Assembly: GCA_951406725.2 (NCBI GenBank)
Contig: OX597814.1
Coordinates: 79,298,001 to 79,362,000 of the forward strand
Length of the DNA stretch: 64,000 nt
Direction: 5' to 3'
Origin: Octopus vulgaris
Taxonomy: Eukaryota
Below, in pieces: positions 24,298 through 36,790 of the stretch (the stretch's first letter is position 1; every line of letters begins with the position of its first letter). Below the pieces are notes generated by a model. The model made no database searches, was not told where the DNA came from, and saw only the letters and a program-made list of their open reading frames with translations. A program made the position numbers and the translations under genes.

Positions 24298-25572
24298 TTG
24301 TACATAAAGATATATAATTTTCTGAGTGCCTTTGCCATCATTTTTTTAAAGTTGGTAGGGAAATTTGGTTGCTATTTCTAACAATGCAAGTGACCACCTT
24401 GAGACCTCCTCATATTTGTCGATGTGTCTCTTCTTTTGATATCGTTTATTTCCCGACTCCTGTTTGAGTTTATGTATTGAAGAGACGTACTAGTTTTGTT
24501 AGCTGTAAATATGAGTGGGTGGCAATGTGTGAAATAATGTTGTCGCTACTTTCCTTCAGGCTTGTCTCTTGGAGCTGCCCCATGATCACTAGCCTGGCTG
24601 GGGCGTAGGGCAGTCAGCTCTGGGGTGGATGGAGAGGGAAATGGATTTGATGCTTCGGGTTATCTACACTCATCATCTGTACTGCATAGCTTTTGATGAT
24701 GCGGACCGTATCTAGTTTCCTTGAATCCTGCTTTTTGCGAGTGAATAATTTGAGAGAGAATTGGTTCTTATTTTAAGAAAGTCATCAGAAAACTAAGGCT
24801 TCAATAGCACACATTTTAAGTTGATTTTGATGGTAATGTATAGCAGTTGTTCTCAAACCAATAAATACCAGGCTATCTCCAACAAATAATATTAAAATTT
24901 TTACGTCCCCTATTAATGAACGTCTAACGATTTTCCTTCCGTATAATTTTTCTTTCTTCACCATGGTGATGAACGAGTTTAAAATGTTTAAGACTGTGTG
25001 AATGTTATTAAATATGGGGTTTGTCCGCCCCATTTCAGTCCTCTCGGCAGCCCCTTCCATGAAAAACATTGATGTAAAGGATGTTTGTGAAACTGTTTTT
25101 CTGTCTGTACTTTTTGTGTTTTTAGTGGAAATTATACAATGAAATGATTTTTCTTTGTTGCGTTTGTTTATTCTCATCTTAGCCCTGATTCAGCTGTGAC
25201 TATCCCGTTCTTTTTACAAGCATAGTGTGTAGTCTAGTCCCTCCCCCTCTCTCTGCCTCCCTTCATTTATCATATCCTCAATACTCCACTAGATCAAAGG
25301 GTGAGAGAGTCGAGAGGTTGTCTATATTTGCTCTCAACTACATGGGCATCTAAAATAATTGTCGAAAGCGTAGTATATTAGGCCCAGACATACCTATCTG
25401 CGGGTGATGGCTGGTTGTTTTTAGTACATCCAGGTTTACGTTATGCATTATTGGAATTGTTTTACAATGTAGACGTGATTTGAGGATATTTGACATTAAC
25501 ATGGTGAACGGTCACATCTAGATTCTCTGACTATTTAGTGTGCACTACATTATCCAGTAAGAAGGTGCATTG

Positions 25573-25805
25573 TAAGGTGGCGAGCAGGCAGAATCGTTAG
25601 CATGCCGGGCGAAATGCTTAGGGGTATTTCGTCTGCCGCTACGTTCTGAGTTCAAATTCCGCCGAGGTCGACTTTGCCTTTCATCCTTTCGGGGTCGATT
25701 AAATAAGTACCAGTTAGGCACTGGGGTCGATATAATCGACTTAATCCGTTTGTCTGTCCTTGTTTGTCCCCTCTGTGTATAGCCCCTGGTGGGCAGTAAA
25801 AAAAA
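25573..25805 (+). mobile_element. SINE A', full length, young, with approx. 15-bp TSD
   Basis: Best-preserved copy: AAGGTGGCGAGC.GGCAGAATCGTTAGCA.GCCGGGCGAAATGCTTAG.GGTATTTCGTCTGCCGCTACGTTCTGAGTTCAAATTCCGCCGAGGTCGACTTTGCC...; TSD TAAGAAGGTGCATTG (25558-25572) / TAAGAAGGCGCATAG (25806-25820). Confidence 0.92.
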
Positions 25806-25894
25806 TAAGAAGGCGCATAGCCCAGTGGTAAGGCAAATGGATTGTCGATTACCTTTATGGAACACAAGTAGTGTCCTTCTGCAAGACACTTTAC

Positions 25895-26285
25895 TTCACG
25901 TCAGCCCACTCCACTCCATATTCTTTGCCCAGTGTTCCTGGGAGAGTTATGTGGGGTTGAGTCCTCAGGCATGTTCTCCATGGAGTGCTGTCAGAAGTAT
26001 CTGTCATTAGACTTTCCGACAGGAAAGCGCAGCCAACTGAGACAATGAGTATTATCCATCTCATTCGTGGTCTACTCCAAAGTCTCCTGTCAATTGGCTC
26101 GGCTTGAAGAATCCGTTTTCTGATTCTTTCCTGCGATAATATAATTCCATGTCCATAGTTCCGGAGCAGTGATCTCCGAGCCACGCACACTGTTTAGTAA
26201 CGTTACTTCGTAGATCTTTCGGAGGAATTCCATTTCGGCCACTTTTATCATTGATCATATTCTTTCGGTCATTAACCAACATAGA
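25895..26285 (-). mobile_element. RTE-clade LINE 3' end
   Basis: Minus frames CWLMTERI*SMIKVAEMEFLRKIYEVTLLNSVRGSEI / LLRNYGHGIILSQERIRKRILQAEPIDRRLWSRPRMRW; short (GGAGT)n tail. Confidence 0.75.
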
Positions 26286-26724
26286 TGTTGGTTAATGACA
26301 TAGATGAGGATTAGTGATAAACTGATTATTAAGACTGGTAGAGTACCTTGTTAATGTTAGGATAGCGCAGTAACGTCAGCGGGTCATACGTATACGTCCA
26401 AAAGCGTTCAGAGGGATTTATCCAACAGTGAGCTACTATATTCTGTCATTACCTTTTACATTATCTGATATGTTCTTTGGAGGAGATTCTACTGTTACTT
26501 CTGGAAAAAAAACAAAACAATCGACTATATACGGTGTCTTACATTGTGTCTCATAGTTGTTGTTAAGGGTTATTATTATGGTTGTGATAACATATGTAGT
26601 TGCGGTAATTGTATTAACAAAGATGAGGGATATGTGATTAGAATGTGGAAGAAAAGAATCAAAGAATCATATGACGGATTCTTCAGGCCGAGCAAATAAG
26701 CAGTAGTCTTAGGGGGTAGACCAA

Positions 26725-26829
26725 GAACGAAATGGAGAAGACACTTGCCCAAGATGCCACGCAGTGGGACTGAACCCGGAAGCATGTGGTTGGTTAGCAA
26801 GCTACTTACCACACAGCCACTCCTGCGCC

Positions 26830-26863
<34 letters not shown>

Positions 26864-27655
26864 ATATTATATATATATATACACACACACACGTACATAT
26901 ATGTGTGTGTCTGTGTATACAAACACACACACATACACACACACGAATTCTTACACATACTCATCAATTTCGTTGTTTTTTATTCTTCTAATACTTTCTG
27001 TTATTGGACTGCGGCCATGGCTGAATAACATCTTAAAAGTTTTTGTTCTCTTTCGTCGATCATGTTGACAGTTGTATGTATTTCATAGGCTCACTAATTT
27101 ACATTTTGGGTCATAATGCTAGTTCGTAAGCCGGTACACATACACCATCATACACGCCCACATGTGATGCGAATCTTCACCAAATACATTTTACTAAATA
27201 TCAATGAACCTCAGAGTACAGTAGAATACACTTCTTCAAAATACCGCGCAGTGGATTCGAGCCAGAAACCTCGTGTATGAAAAGTGGAATTCCTAACCAC
27301 ATGACTACGGCTCCGCCAACAATGTTTTTTTTTTTTTACCTTTTAATTGTTTCAGCCAATGGAGCACGACCATGCTGGAGCACGCCTTAAAGGGTTTTAG
27401 TCAAACAAATACAATACTTATGTTTTGTGTTTAAGTCTGGTGCTTATTCTATTAATGGAACCACTAAGCTTCGGGGATGTAAACAAACCAACATTGGTTT
27501 TTAAGCGGTGGGGCGACAGATATGTCCCCGTAATTTAGCGGTTTAGCAAAAGAAAATGATAGAATGGGTAATGTAGTCGACTTTTTTCGACTAAATCTTT
27601 CAAGGCGGTGCTCTAGCATGACCATAGTCCAATGACCAAAACGAGTAAGAGAAAT
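26725..27655. mobile_element. cluster of SINE B pieces (26725-26830 -, 26975-27320 -, 27330-27510 -, 27520-27655 +)
   Basis: Head GAAGACACTTGCCCAAG.TGCCACGCAGTGGGACTGAACCCGGAA.CATGTGGTTGG..AGCAAGCT.CTTACCACACAGCCAC and tail motifs CATGCTGGAGCAC.GCC and GGCGGTGCTC.AGCATG. Confidence 0.75.
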
Positions 27656-27819
27656 ATACGTTATCGAAGATTGCTTAACTTTAGACAGTAGAGTGTGATT
27701 TGAAAGATATTTGGTTCTTATTTCTAGCTGGTAGAGCGACAACCTATAAGCTTCCACGTTGATTCGCGCTGTGTGTTGATGGATTTATTTTCGGTTGTTT
27801 TGTGTTGCAAAGACATAGT

Positions 27820-27990
27820 TGGTAGTGGTTAGAATGTTGAGCTCACAATCGTAAGCTCATGGGTTCGATTCATTGACCGGGTGTTATAACCTTGAGCATG
27901 TACTTTATTTCCCATTACTCTAGTCTACTCAGCTGTAATGAATACCAGCAGCGTGTTGGTGCAAACCCCACTCCCTCTAATTGTCACATC
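27820..27990 (+). mobile_element. SINE C-like, degenerate
   Basis: TAGTGGTTAG..TGTTG..CTCACAATCGTAAG.TC.TGGGTTCGATTC...GACCGGG...CCTTGAGCA.G.ACTTTATTTC.C.TT.CTC.AGTC.ACTCAGCTG. Confidence 0.7.
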
Positions 27991-29269
27991 CTGGATTTCC
28001 GCTGGGTCAAGAGTGGAAGTACCGGGAAGGTGTCTATGGTCGTTCATGACTACACAATTAGCACAGATATGTTACAAGTCATATTCGCTTGCTAATGACG
28101 GCTATGGCTTTGTATTGTCTATGTGTTTCATGCTGTCTGTCAAGCTGTCTACTTACTGTTTTATAAACCTATCCACCAATTCACTTCACTACCTATCTAT
28201 GTTTGTCACCTCTCCAAATACTTATCTACCGATAACTTAGCTATTTGCCAAGCTGCTCACTTGCCAATCAAATTTCTACCTTGTTACATAGTCAATCACA
28301 GTCTCGACTTCAACCTACGTAAAAACACACAATTTCTATTTCACCCCTAACCCAATCACAACTAACTGTCGTAAAACAACTGCATACCTAAAATGAAGGC
28401 TGGTACAAACACACAAGAATCCGCTGCAAATGCAAACAAGATAGAAATAGCTTAGAAAACAATTCCAAATCCTACTTAAAATGAAACAAAGAAAAATAAA
28501 ATGAAATGATAAAGATACAATCATGAACCAAAGGGAAATAACACAAATCATCTCAATGCAAATAAAATATCCGTCTTTAAACAAGCAACACACCGGAAAC
28601 AAACGGCAGCCATGGTTTACATAGCAGCCACACATTAACTGTTACATGTAAAACGGAAAAAAAAAAAAAAATGGAGAAACGGTCCGCACACAATCAAAGC
28701 ACAAATAAAACATACGTGCAAGACAGTGATTTCAATATTCAATACGGAAGTTGTGGAATGACCAAATATATAAAATATCAGCTGAAATGTTTTGAATTTA
28801 TTTCCCATTTACACTAGTATTGTAATCTCTCTCTTTCTCTTTCTCTGTATATATATACATATATCTGCAGTAACACAGTAATACACTATCTACTAAGTAT
28901 CTTGCACATGAGGGCTAGTCATACTCAACTCATCTCGTTTAACCATGCAGCAGATTGTGTTTAAAAACGGGGGATTATTGACATCGTTGTGGAATGCTCA
29001 ACAAACTGCAATTTGATGTGTAGTTAGATGGATTTTAGTGCTAAGACCCGGTATTTTTTCAAAGCGATTACTTAGTTATCCAAACATTGAGTAAAAAAAA
29101 AAACTTTGAAAAAAGAAAATAAAAAAATAAAAAAATTATCAACCAAGAATCTTTTGTGTGGTCGAAAACTCTTCCAACAAACAAATTAAGGTTTAAAAAT
29201 ACAGATCTCTTGTTTTAAATCCTTAATTACAATAAGTCGAGATGTTCACGTCTAAAATGTTGATAAAAC

Positions 29270-29327
<58 letters not shown>

Positions 29328-29548
29328 CAGCAGCAGCAGCAGCAGCAGCAGTGTTAGCAACGGCAGAAGCAGCACTATTAGCAACGGCAGCAGCAGTAGT
29401 ATTAGCAAAGGCAGCAGCAGCAACAGCAAAAAAAGTATTAGTAGTAGTAGTAGCAACAGCAGCAACAACAATAACAGTAGTATTAGCGGCAGCAGCAAAA
29501 ATAGTAGTAGTTGTCGTAGTAGTATCAGCAGCAGTAGCAACAGTAGTT
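29270..29548. repeat. (AGT)n/(AGC)n degenerate trinucleotide array
   Basis: Directly visible; source of the poly-S, poly-A and poly-L ORFs. Confidence 0.9.
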
Positions 29549-30795
29549 GTTGTGTTAATCTCAGCTCAACCCACATCCAGTAGACATATGATCAAGTTAT
29601 TTTAACTGCGACCATCTCGTCCTTTGTTTATATCTAGGACCACATGATCTTATGACCTTCCTTTTATTTTCATGATTTTGTGTGTAATAGGATTGAGATA
29701 TGACAGCTATTTCTAGCAAGCCAATTGACTACATAGAGACTCATTCCAAAGTTCTCTCTAATTCTGTAGACTGTTATTTTTTGGGTGAAAGTCAGGCTGG
29801 AATCAAAGACTTTGGATCTCGAAATATGAAACCACTCAAAGCCGAAACTGCCTTATAGTTCTTGATCTTCGTTTTTATAGATGTTATTGTTCTTGATATT
29901 CGCTTCTTTTTTTCTTTTTAAAAATAAGAAAAGAAGAAATAGATCTAATGCAGGATTTATCCTTTATTTATTGACTCTGTAAAGATGAAAGCTAAAACTG
30001 ACCTCGGTGGGATTTAGACGCAGAGCGCAAACACCTAAAACGAATTCTGCTTAGGATTCTGTCAAATGCTCGAACGATTCTATCATCTCACCACATATGC
30101 AACAAAAACTGTCAAGATCGGGAAAACATGTCCAAGAAGTTTTATCATGTCATTATTTTAAATTTCCTAACCAGACAATGCTTTTATACTTAACGTGTCT
30201 ATCTTGTTAGTCATACCAAAGTATTATTAATACGAGTAAGACTACTTCGCCGAAGAGGCTCAATAAGAACGAAACATATCTGTATTTGTCACTGTACGCA
30301 CCAGAGGTCAGATTCATTACACATAACTTGCCTACACCAGTCAATATTTAATCCGTTTTAAAATAAAGAGTTGTCTCCCTGATTTTCTTGACTAGGGTTA
30401 ATGCAACTAATTTTCTTTTTAATTACAGGTGTGACATTAATTGAAATTTTGAGCAGGGAGCTCATAATATTAAATATGTTAATACCGTCGTAGCTATAGC
30501 ATAGTTCTGTGTCATCTGACTGTATCACTTAATCAGGTGAAACGTCAATCCATACGGTCCTTTACAGGGTCTCCGAAATTGGTGGGGAAAAGCCTGCCCC
30601 TGCTTACAACACAGTGTACTCCGTCAACGGTAGTCAATGTGTCAGATGATGATGTTAAACTGGACAATAAATTAAGACCAATACCCAAATAAGCTATGGC
30701 TGAATTTAGACTCAGACAACCCCCGCAAAAAAAAAAAAAATCTAGGACAAATACCAAAGTTCATTCTGTCTAATGTCCTAACACTCCCTCTAACC

Positions 30796-31048
30796 TAGTG
30801 GTTCTGAACAAGGGTCCATATAGCCCTTAGAGGTCCATATAAGATTTTGTTGTTAAAATGTATCTGCAATAAACTGCTTATATTTCTACAATGCATAAAA
30901 TATTATTTGTTTTATACACTTCATAATAATATTTAATTATAAAAATACAGTAGGATTTATCTTTATACATCGAATGCCTATGGAGGTCCAGTAGAATAAA
31001 ATAGGAATCAAACGTGGTCCACAGACAAAAAATGGTTGAGAACTATTG
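30796..31048. mobile_element. hAT/Charlie (MER5-like) MITE, old
   Basis: Imperfect TIR TAGTGGTTCTGAAC / GTTGAGAACTATTG with internal GGTCCA(T) repeats; TSD not recognisable. Confidence 0.6.
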
Positions 31049-31849
31049 CAACTCATAGTTCTTGATTGGTACCTTGTTTATATGACCCCATAAAAACGTA
31101 AGATTCGGTTGATCTTAGCGGAATTTGAACCCAGAAGGTAAGAAGCTGGAATAAAAAGACCGCACTGCATTTCGATCGACGCACTAAAAACTGCCAATTC
31201 TCCACCTTTTGTAATGAGCCTTTGTTTTAATGTTTTATTAAAAAACAGCCTGGATGTGGCAATATATTTATATATTCTTCAACTCTTCAAATGCATTGAA
31301 GAAACTTAAAGAAATATTTTCCATTTTCGCAATACATTAAATTTGATTTAGAACAGGAGTAAATTATTGGTTTATTTATATAACTTTTAATTATTTCATA
31401 ACAAATATTCTTTTCATAGGTCGTAACTGTAATATGGATACAGGAAGGTTATAATATTTCATTTTTTTTGTATATACTTAAGACAAGAAAATTTTTAAAA
31501 AAATGAAGTCAAATAGTTCCGTTCCGTTAACAAAGAAATGGCGCAAACCGTAAAATTAATTGAGATATTAAAAAGAAGGCAAATATAAATATAAACATAA
31601 ACAACTTATTAAAATAATAAACAGAATTCAATTAAAACTAAGACTGAATTATTAAAAAGAAAACAAAAAATATTCACCTCCCAAGATGTAAAGATCAGAC
31701 GATAGAGGACAATATAATTGCGAGATCAAAATAGGTGATTGTTGGAATATAATTATGCCAGGATTTATTTGGCGATGCGTTGCAATCGTTAATTATTCCT
31801 CCTATTAAATACTTTGTCCAACAAGATACACACACACACACACACACAT

Positions 31850-31881
<32 letters not shown>

Positions 31882-32604
31882 TCATAGATTCATATATACA
31901 TACATATATATATATTTTTGTGTGTATGTATGTATGCGTATATATGTACATACGTATGTATGTATGCATATATGTATGTATATATGCATGTATGTATGTA
32001 TGTATGTATGTATGTATGTATGTATGTATGTATGCGTGTGTATGTGATTGTATGTGCTTGTGTATTTGGGCTGATGTTTATGCTTACATATATACATGGA
32101 CAATTGCATAGTTGAACGATTATGACGCCCACTTCCCAGTCATGGCTACCTGGGTTCGATCTTACTGTTTGCCACATTGAGCCAGTGTATTTTTTCCCCG
32201 TAACCTCGAATTGGCTTTAACTTTGTGGGTAAAATTGAGCAGATGGAAACTATGTGGGATCCCGTCAAGTGGACTATACCTGTAAATGAAACATGCAGCC
32301 TCGTCACACACTGATTCTATCTGAGAATTACATTAACGATGTAACGATGTGAAGAATACTTAACCACTTACATGAATATTCAATAAGTGAGCAATTGAAC
32401 TACCTGTAGAGTAATCATCTGCCGAGGTAAGCATTTACTTTTACTGTTCATATGTATAGCATGTCAATTGTTTTGCCCTCACAACTCGTGATGAACTTGT
32501 AGTGGGGTTGTCCTGATATAATATCACAAGATTTCAATTAGGCTCAAACAACTCAGCCAGTTCGCCTCTCAGTGAATTTGTATATTTTGTATATCTATAA
32601 GCAT

Positions 32605-32649
<45 letters not shown>

Positions 32650-32671
32650 TTCTCTCTCTCGGTATATATAT

Positions 32672-33071
32672 ATTCCTTTATTCTTTTATTCTTTTACTTA
32701 TTTCAGTCATTTTGACTGCGGCCATGCTGGAGAACGGCCTTTAGTCGAACAAATCGACCCCAGAACTTATTCTTTGTAAGCCTAGTACTTATTCTATCGG
32801 TCTATTTCGCCGAATCGCTAAGCTACGGGTACGTAAGCATACCAACATCGGTTGTCAAGCGATAGTGAGAGACAAACACAGACACACAAACACACACACA
32901 CAATTGTATATACATATATACAATGAGCTTTTTTTAGCTCCCATCTACTAAATCCACTCACAAGGCTTTGGTCAGTCCGCGGCTATAGTAGAAAACATTT
33001 GCCTTAGGTGCCACGCAGTGGGACTGTGCCCGGACCCATGTAGTTGGGAAGCAATCTTCTTACCACAGAGT

Positions 33072-33075
<4 letters not shown>
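32672..33075 (-). mobile_element. SINE B, near full length reference copy
   Basis: Sense strand: tRNA-like head, GGCACCT..GGCAA.TGT.TTCTACTATAGCC CORE-like block, internal (TA/TG)n, body, tail GGC.GT.CTCCAGCATGGCCGCAGTCAAAATGACTGAAA.AAGTAAAAGAATAAAAGAAT. Confidence 0.92.
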
Positions 33076-33114
<39 letters not shown>

Positions 33115-33299
33115 CGATATTTCTCTCTCCGAGTATAGGCTCGAAACGTCAAAGACGTTTCCATTCTTCCCAATCGTCAAACTAATACGCTTCCTTTTTG
33201 TTCCCTCACCTGTCCCTGTCTTTTATTTTCTGTATATTTGAAGCTTAAGGATATATATATGAAACCTTGTATTCCTGCCGTAAGACTTTATCTCCACAC

Positions 33300-33604
33300 A
33301 CACCAGCTTAATTGAAGACACCTGTTGTTATGTCCTGTAATTTGTATTTGTGTAACGTTCTCCGTTATTTTTTCCCTCCTGGATTTCGTATACATTCACT
33401 GCTTTCTTCCAAGGAATCTAATGCTCTTAGCTTAGTTTTTCATTGGGGCTGTCGAGATTGGAGCAATCTCGAGTATAACCAGCCGAAATTGCAAAGATAA
33501 TCTGGAACTCGACTGAGGAAAGAAAACTCCGAATGACCCGTCCTTGTTTTCTTTATATCGTCTATCTGGATGTTTTGTGTTCTTGTCCCATTTTGTATTT
33601 TATG

Positions 33605-33606
<2 letters not shown>
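33300..33606 (+). mobile_element. PLE-associated terminal repeat (same family as 10276-10700)
   Basis: TTCCAAGGAATCTAATGCTCTTAGCTTAGTTTTTC.TTGGGGCTG...CAGCCGAAATTGC...CTGAGGA...GACCCGTCCTTGTTTT...TCTTGTCCCATTTTGTATT then (TA)n. Confidence 0.65.
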
Positions 33607-33668
<62 letters not shown>

Positions 33669-33777
33669 CAATAAGAAAATGGAGGGGATCAAGAGATGGT
33701 ACTCATCAACTTTTAGACTTGGATAGATATTATCCCTTGGTTGGATTCTCAACCTCTAACTCTCTTGGAATTATATA

Positions 33778-33828
<51 letters not shown>

Positions 33829-33846
<18 letters not shown>

Positions 33847-34172
33847 CTGGTTTCAGCTCAGAGCTGCGGCCATGCTGATGCACCGCCGTTTTGTGCTACA
33901 CTGTTATTGCGAAGAACCTTGTCTAATATGTGGCACTTGGTGAAGAATGGAGTTTGATATAGCTACTCTCATTTGCACCTCTTCCAGACATATATTACTG
34001 AATACCTCTCCCGTCTTCTCTGCAGGGAGTAGAGTCTTAGCTGTTTCAACCTTTCCCAGTAGCTGAGCTGTTGCAAAGAGACGATCTTCTTTGTGAATCT
34101 TCTCTGGATTGCTTCAAGGTCCGCTGTTAATTTTACACTGGTGGGTGATCATAGCTGTGAGCAGTAATCCAG

Positions 34173-34175
<3 letters not shown>
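33829..34175 (-). mobile_element. CR1/L2-clade LINE 3' end (internally deleted) with poly(A)
   Basis: Minus frame LLDYCSQL*SPTSVKLTADLEAIQRRFTKKIVSLQQLSYWERLKQLRLYSLQRRRERYSVIYVWK (typical post-RT CR1/L2 motif), ending GGCGGTGCATCAGCATGGCCGCAGCTCTGAGCTGAAACCAG(A)n. Confidence 0.88.
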
Positions 34176-34207
<32 letters not shown>

Positions 34208-34329
34208 GGTATTCTATGTATGTATTCCACACATTGAATCCAGACATTTTCAGTATAGAAGACACTTAGTAGTGCTCAAAAGATTCAAACTTAGACTCCG
34301 ATGTCTTCACGCAGTATCGATTCCGATTA

Positions 34330-34385
<56 letters not shown>

Positions 34386-34618
34386 TTAAAAAATGAAAGA
34401 AAGTTGTAGGTGTACAATTACTTTCACTGGTTTATAGTTGTTCCTGCTGTAAGAGCTGGATTAAGGTGCGACATCTTGTAGCTTTCTCAGAGCCATTTGA
34501 ATGACGTGTGTGTGTATGTATGTGTGTACGTGTGTGTGCGTGTATGCATGTATCTCCTTGTCTATTCTTTCACTCTACACGCTTACGTCGCAACCTCAAC
34601 TGTTCATTATATTTTCTG

Positions 34619-34654
<36 letters not shown>

Positions 34655-35304
34655 ACGGGGTATATATCAATGTTTCATGCATACATACATTTGTATGACT
34701 GGAGTATAACATGCTAATTATGAATTGTTTTGTTTCTGGGTAAATCTGTTTCATTTCCCTTCAGATATTAATGTTATTTGGAAAGCGTGACTATCATAGT
34801 TCATTCCCGCTGATTAATATTTCTGTTTAGAAAAGACCTAGCAATAATTCATGAAGTGCATGCAGAACAGTGAGAATCCAAAGAATAACAAACCTATTCA
34901 TTTTAAATACATTCTGGCATATTCGAGCCTGAATATGCTGATCGCTGCTGCATTTCGTTTCGGAGACGTCATTGGTTCTAATTGCTATCCCCTTCATATG
35001 TGGTGTTTTTTATGGCAAAGCTTCATAATTGTCCACCATTCTGTTCACTAAACAGTGTCAGGGAACATGAGAACGGCATAATTCTTTAGTTTGAGAAGTA
35101 GCAGATCTTTAAACTTGACCACTATTTCTATACATTGCAGATCCCGCTTCAAGATCCTACTCTGGATGTGGGGAAAAGAAAAAGAATCGATTTCCATATG
35201 TAGAATAAATTTCACCCATAAGGCTGAGAGGTAACCACCGCTATGATAAAAGGCCCTTGCTTAAGATGTCTTTCAGCAGGGCGAACACAGGTCGCATGAT
35301 TGCG

Positions 35305-36266
35305 AAGTGATATGCAAAAAAGGCCACAGAAGCGCTATTATTAGAAGTAAAAGGTCAGGCTTATGTCGGATGAAAGATTGCAAAGGTAAAGCACTGTACA
35401 AGAAATTGAAAAGGAATGAAATTGAAAAGAAAAGAATGCATGGTCAATTTCATAGGGATGCTGAAGATAAGACAGACAGAGAAAAAAGATGGTTGTTGAT
35501 GACTAAAAGTGATTTAAAACCGGAAGCATAGGCTCTAATCTGTGCTGCCCAAGAGCAAGCACTAAGAACAAACTACATAAAATATAGAATAGACAACACA
35601 GCAGAAAGTGATAACTGCAGAATCTGTGGACAAAATGGTGAAACCATATGGCATATTACCAGCGAACGTACACCACTAGCCCAGAAGGAATATAAGAGAT
35701 GCCACGACAATATAGCCAGGCTTGTCCATTGGACACTTTGCAACAAGTATGGACTTGACAGAGCAAAAAATTGGTACGACCACAAACCTGAAGGCATCGA
35801 CGAAAATGGAAATGCAAAGATCCTATGGGATTTTATGATTCAGTGCGACCATGAGATAGAGAATAGGAAGCCGGTGATAGTCTTAATTGAGAAAGAAAAC
35901 AAACTATGCTGGATCATAGATATAACATGCCCAGCTGACAACAAGGTATGCGATAAGGAAAAAAGAAAACTCGAGAGATATGACAGGTTAGCTTGGGAAG
36001 TTAAGCAGTTGTGGTCGATGAAAAAAGTAGCAGTAGTACCAATAATTGTCGGAGCCCTGGGAACAGTGAGCAAAAATGTCGAGAAGTACGTGGAACAAAT
36101 AGGGGCTGCAGTAAGGGTGGATCACTTGCAGAAAACAGCACTGCTTGGAACCGCTCGAATACTCCGGAAGGTGCTCGAAAAATAAGAGGTGTTACCTTAG
36201 TTCACTGGTAGTGAACAGCTAACACTCTAATATATCTCCAGCATTAGAAGCTGTGAAAAGCAACAA
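35305..36266 (+). mobile_element. RLE-clade (R4/Dong-like) non-LTR retrotransposon, 3' 1 kb: CCHC knuckle plus PD-(D/E)xK endonuclease, dead copy
   Basis: One frame 35307-36185 with a single TAG at 35529: MHGQF..SDLKPEA*ALICAAQEQALRTN..CRICGQNGETIWHITSER..EYKRCHDNIARLVHW..KILWDFMIQCDHEIENRKPVIV..IIDITCP..KLERYDRL..VPIIVGALG..LQKTALLGTARILRKVLEK*; (AAT)n tail 36267-36420. Confidence 0.93.
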
Positions 36267-36283
36267 AAATAATAATAATGATC

Positions 36284-36338
<55 letters not shown>

Positions 36339-36376
36339 TCATAATAATAATAATAATAATGATGATGATGATGATG

Positions 36377-36420
<44 letters not shown>

Positions 36421-36790
36421 TTCTTTGCATCTCTGACACTAGCAGAAGTAGTGGGGGAGCGTCATAGCCATGAGAGGAATTCTTTGAGGTTTGAATAATT
36501 CGCCTCTGGAAGCATGAATGTTTCGCTCAACATCCTTAAACAAACCTTATTCAGGGATCTTTTGAGCAGGATGGGCTACTCATCCTGGAAAAATTCTGAA
36601 CCCAACCTGCAAGGTCATGAGCTGTTTGTCTCGATATGAAATCACCATGTTGCGCAAATATGGTTGTGATACATGTGCCTGGTGTACACTTATCAGACGG
36701 GTAGTCTTGATGGGTATATTGGGCTTCATATATTTGTATCCCATCGTCACTTCGATGGCATGCGCTGCTCTCTCACTCCATGATAATAAT
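36421..36790 (+). mobile_element. probable 3' end/UTR of a second AAT-associated retroelement
   Basis: Unique block bounded by (AAT)n on the left and ending CTCTCTCACTCCATGATAATAAT; QK..GE..RGIL.GLNN-like C-terminus remnant. Confidence 0.5.

Noticed and set aside
29223-29605. Poly-Ser, poly-Ala and poly-Leu ORFs resembling low-complexity or antifreeze-like proteins
   Set aside because: A degenerate (AGT)/(AGC) microsatellite open in several frames, with no splice or codon evidence
33505-33545. Second hammerhead candidate CTGAGGA..CCGAATGACCCGTC in the PLE-type repeat
   Set aside because: Both copies (here and about 10385-10415) have GAAT instead of GAAA and no convincing helix I or III
33600-34660. 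CRISPR-like repeat-spacer appearance
   Set aside because: The repeats are variable-length (TA)n, spacers are 100-350 bp, the context is eukaryotic and there are no cas genes
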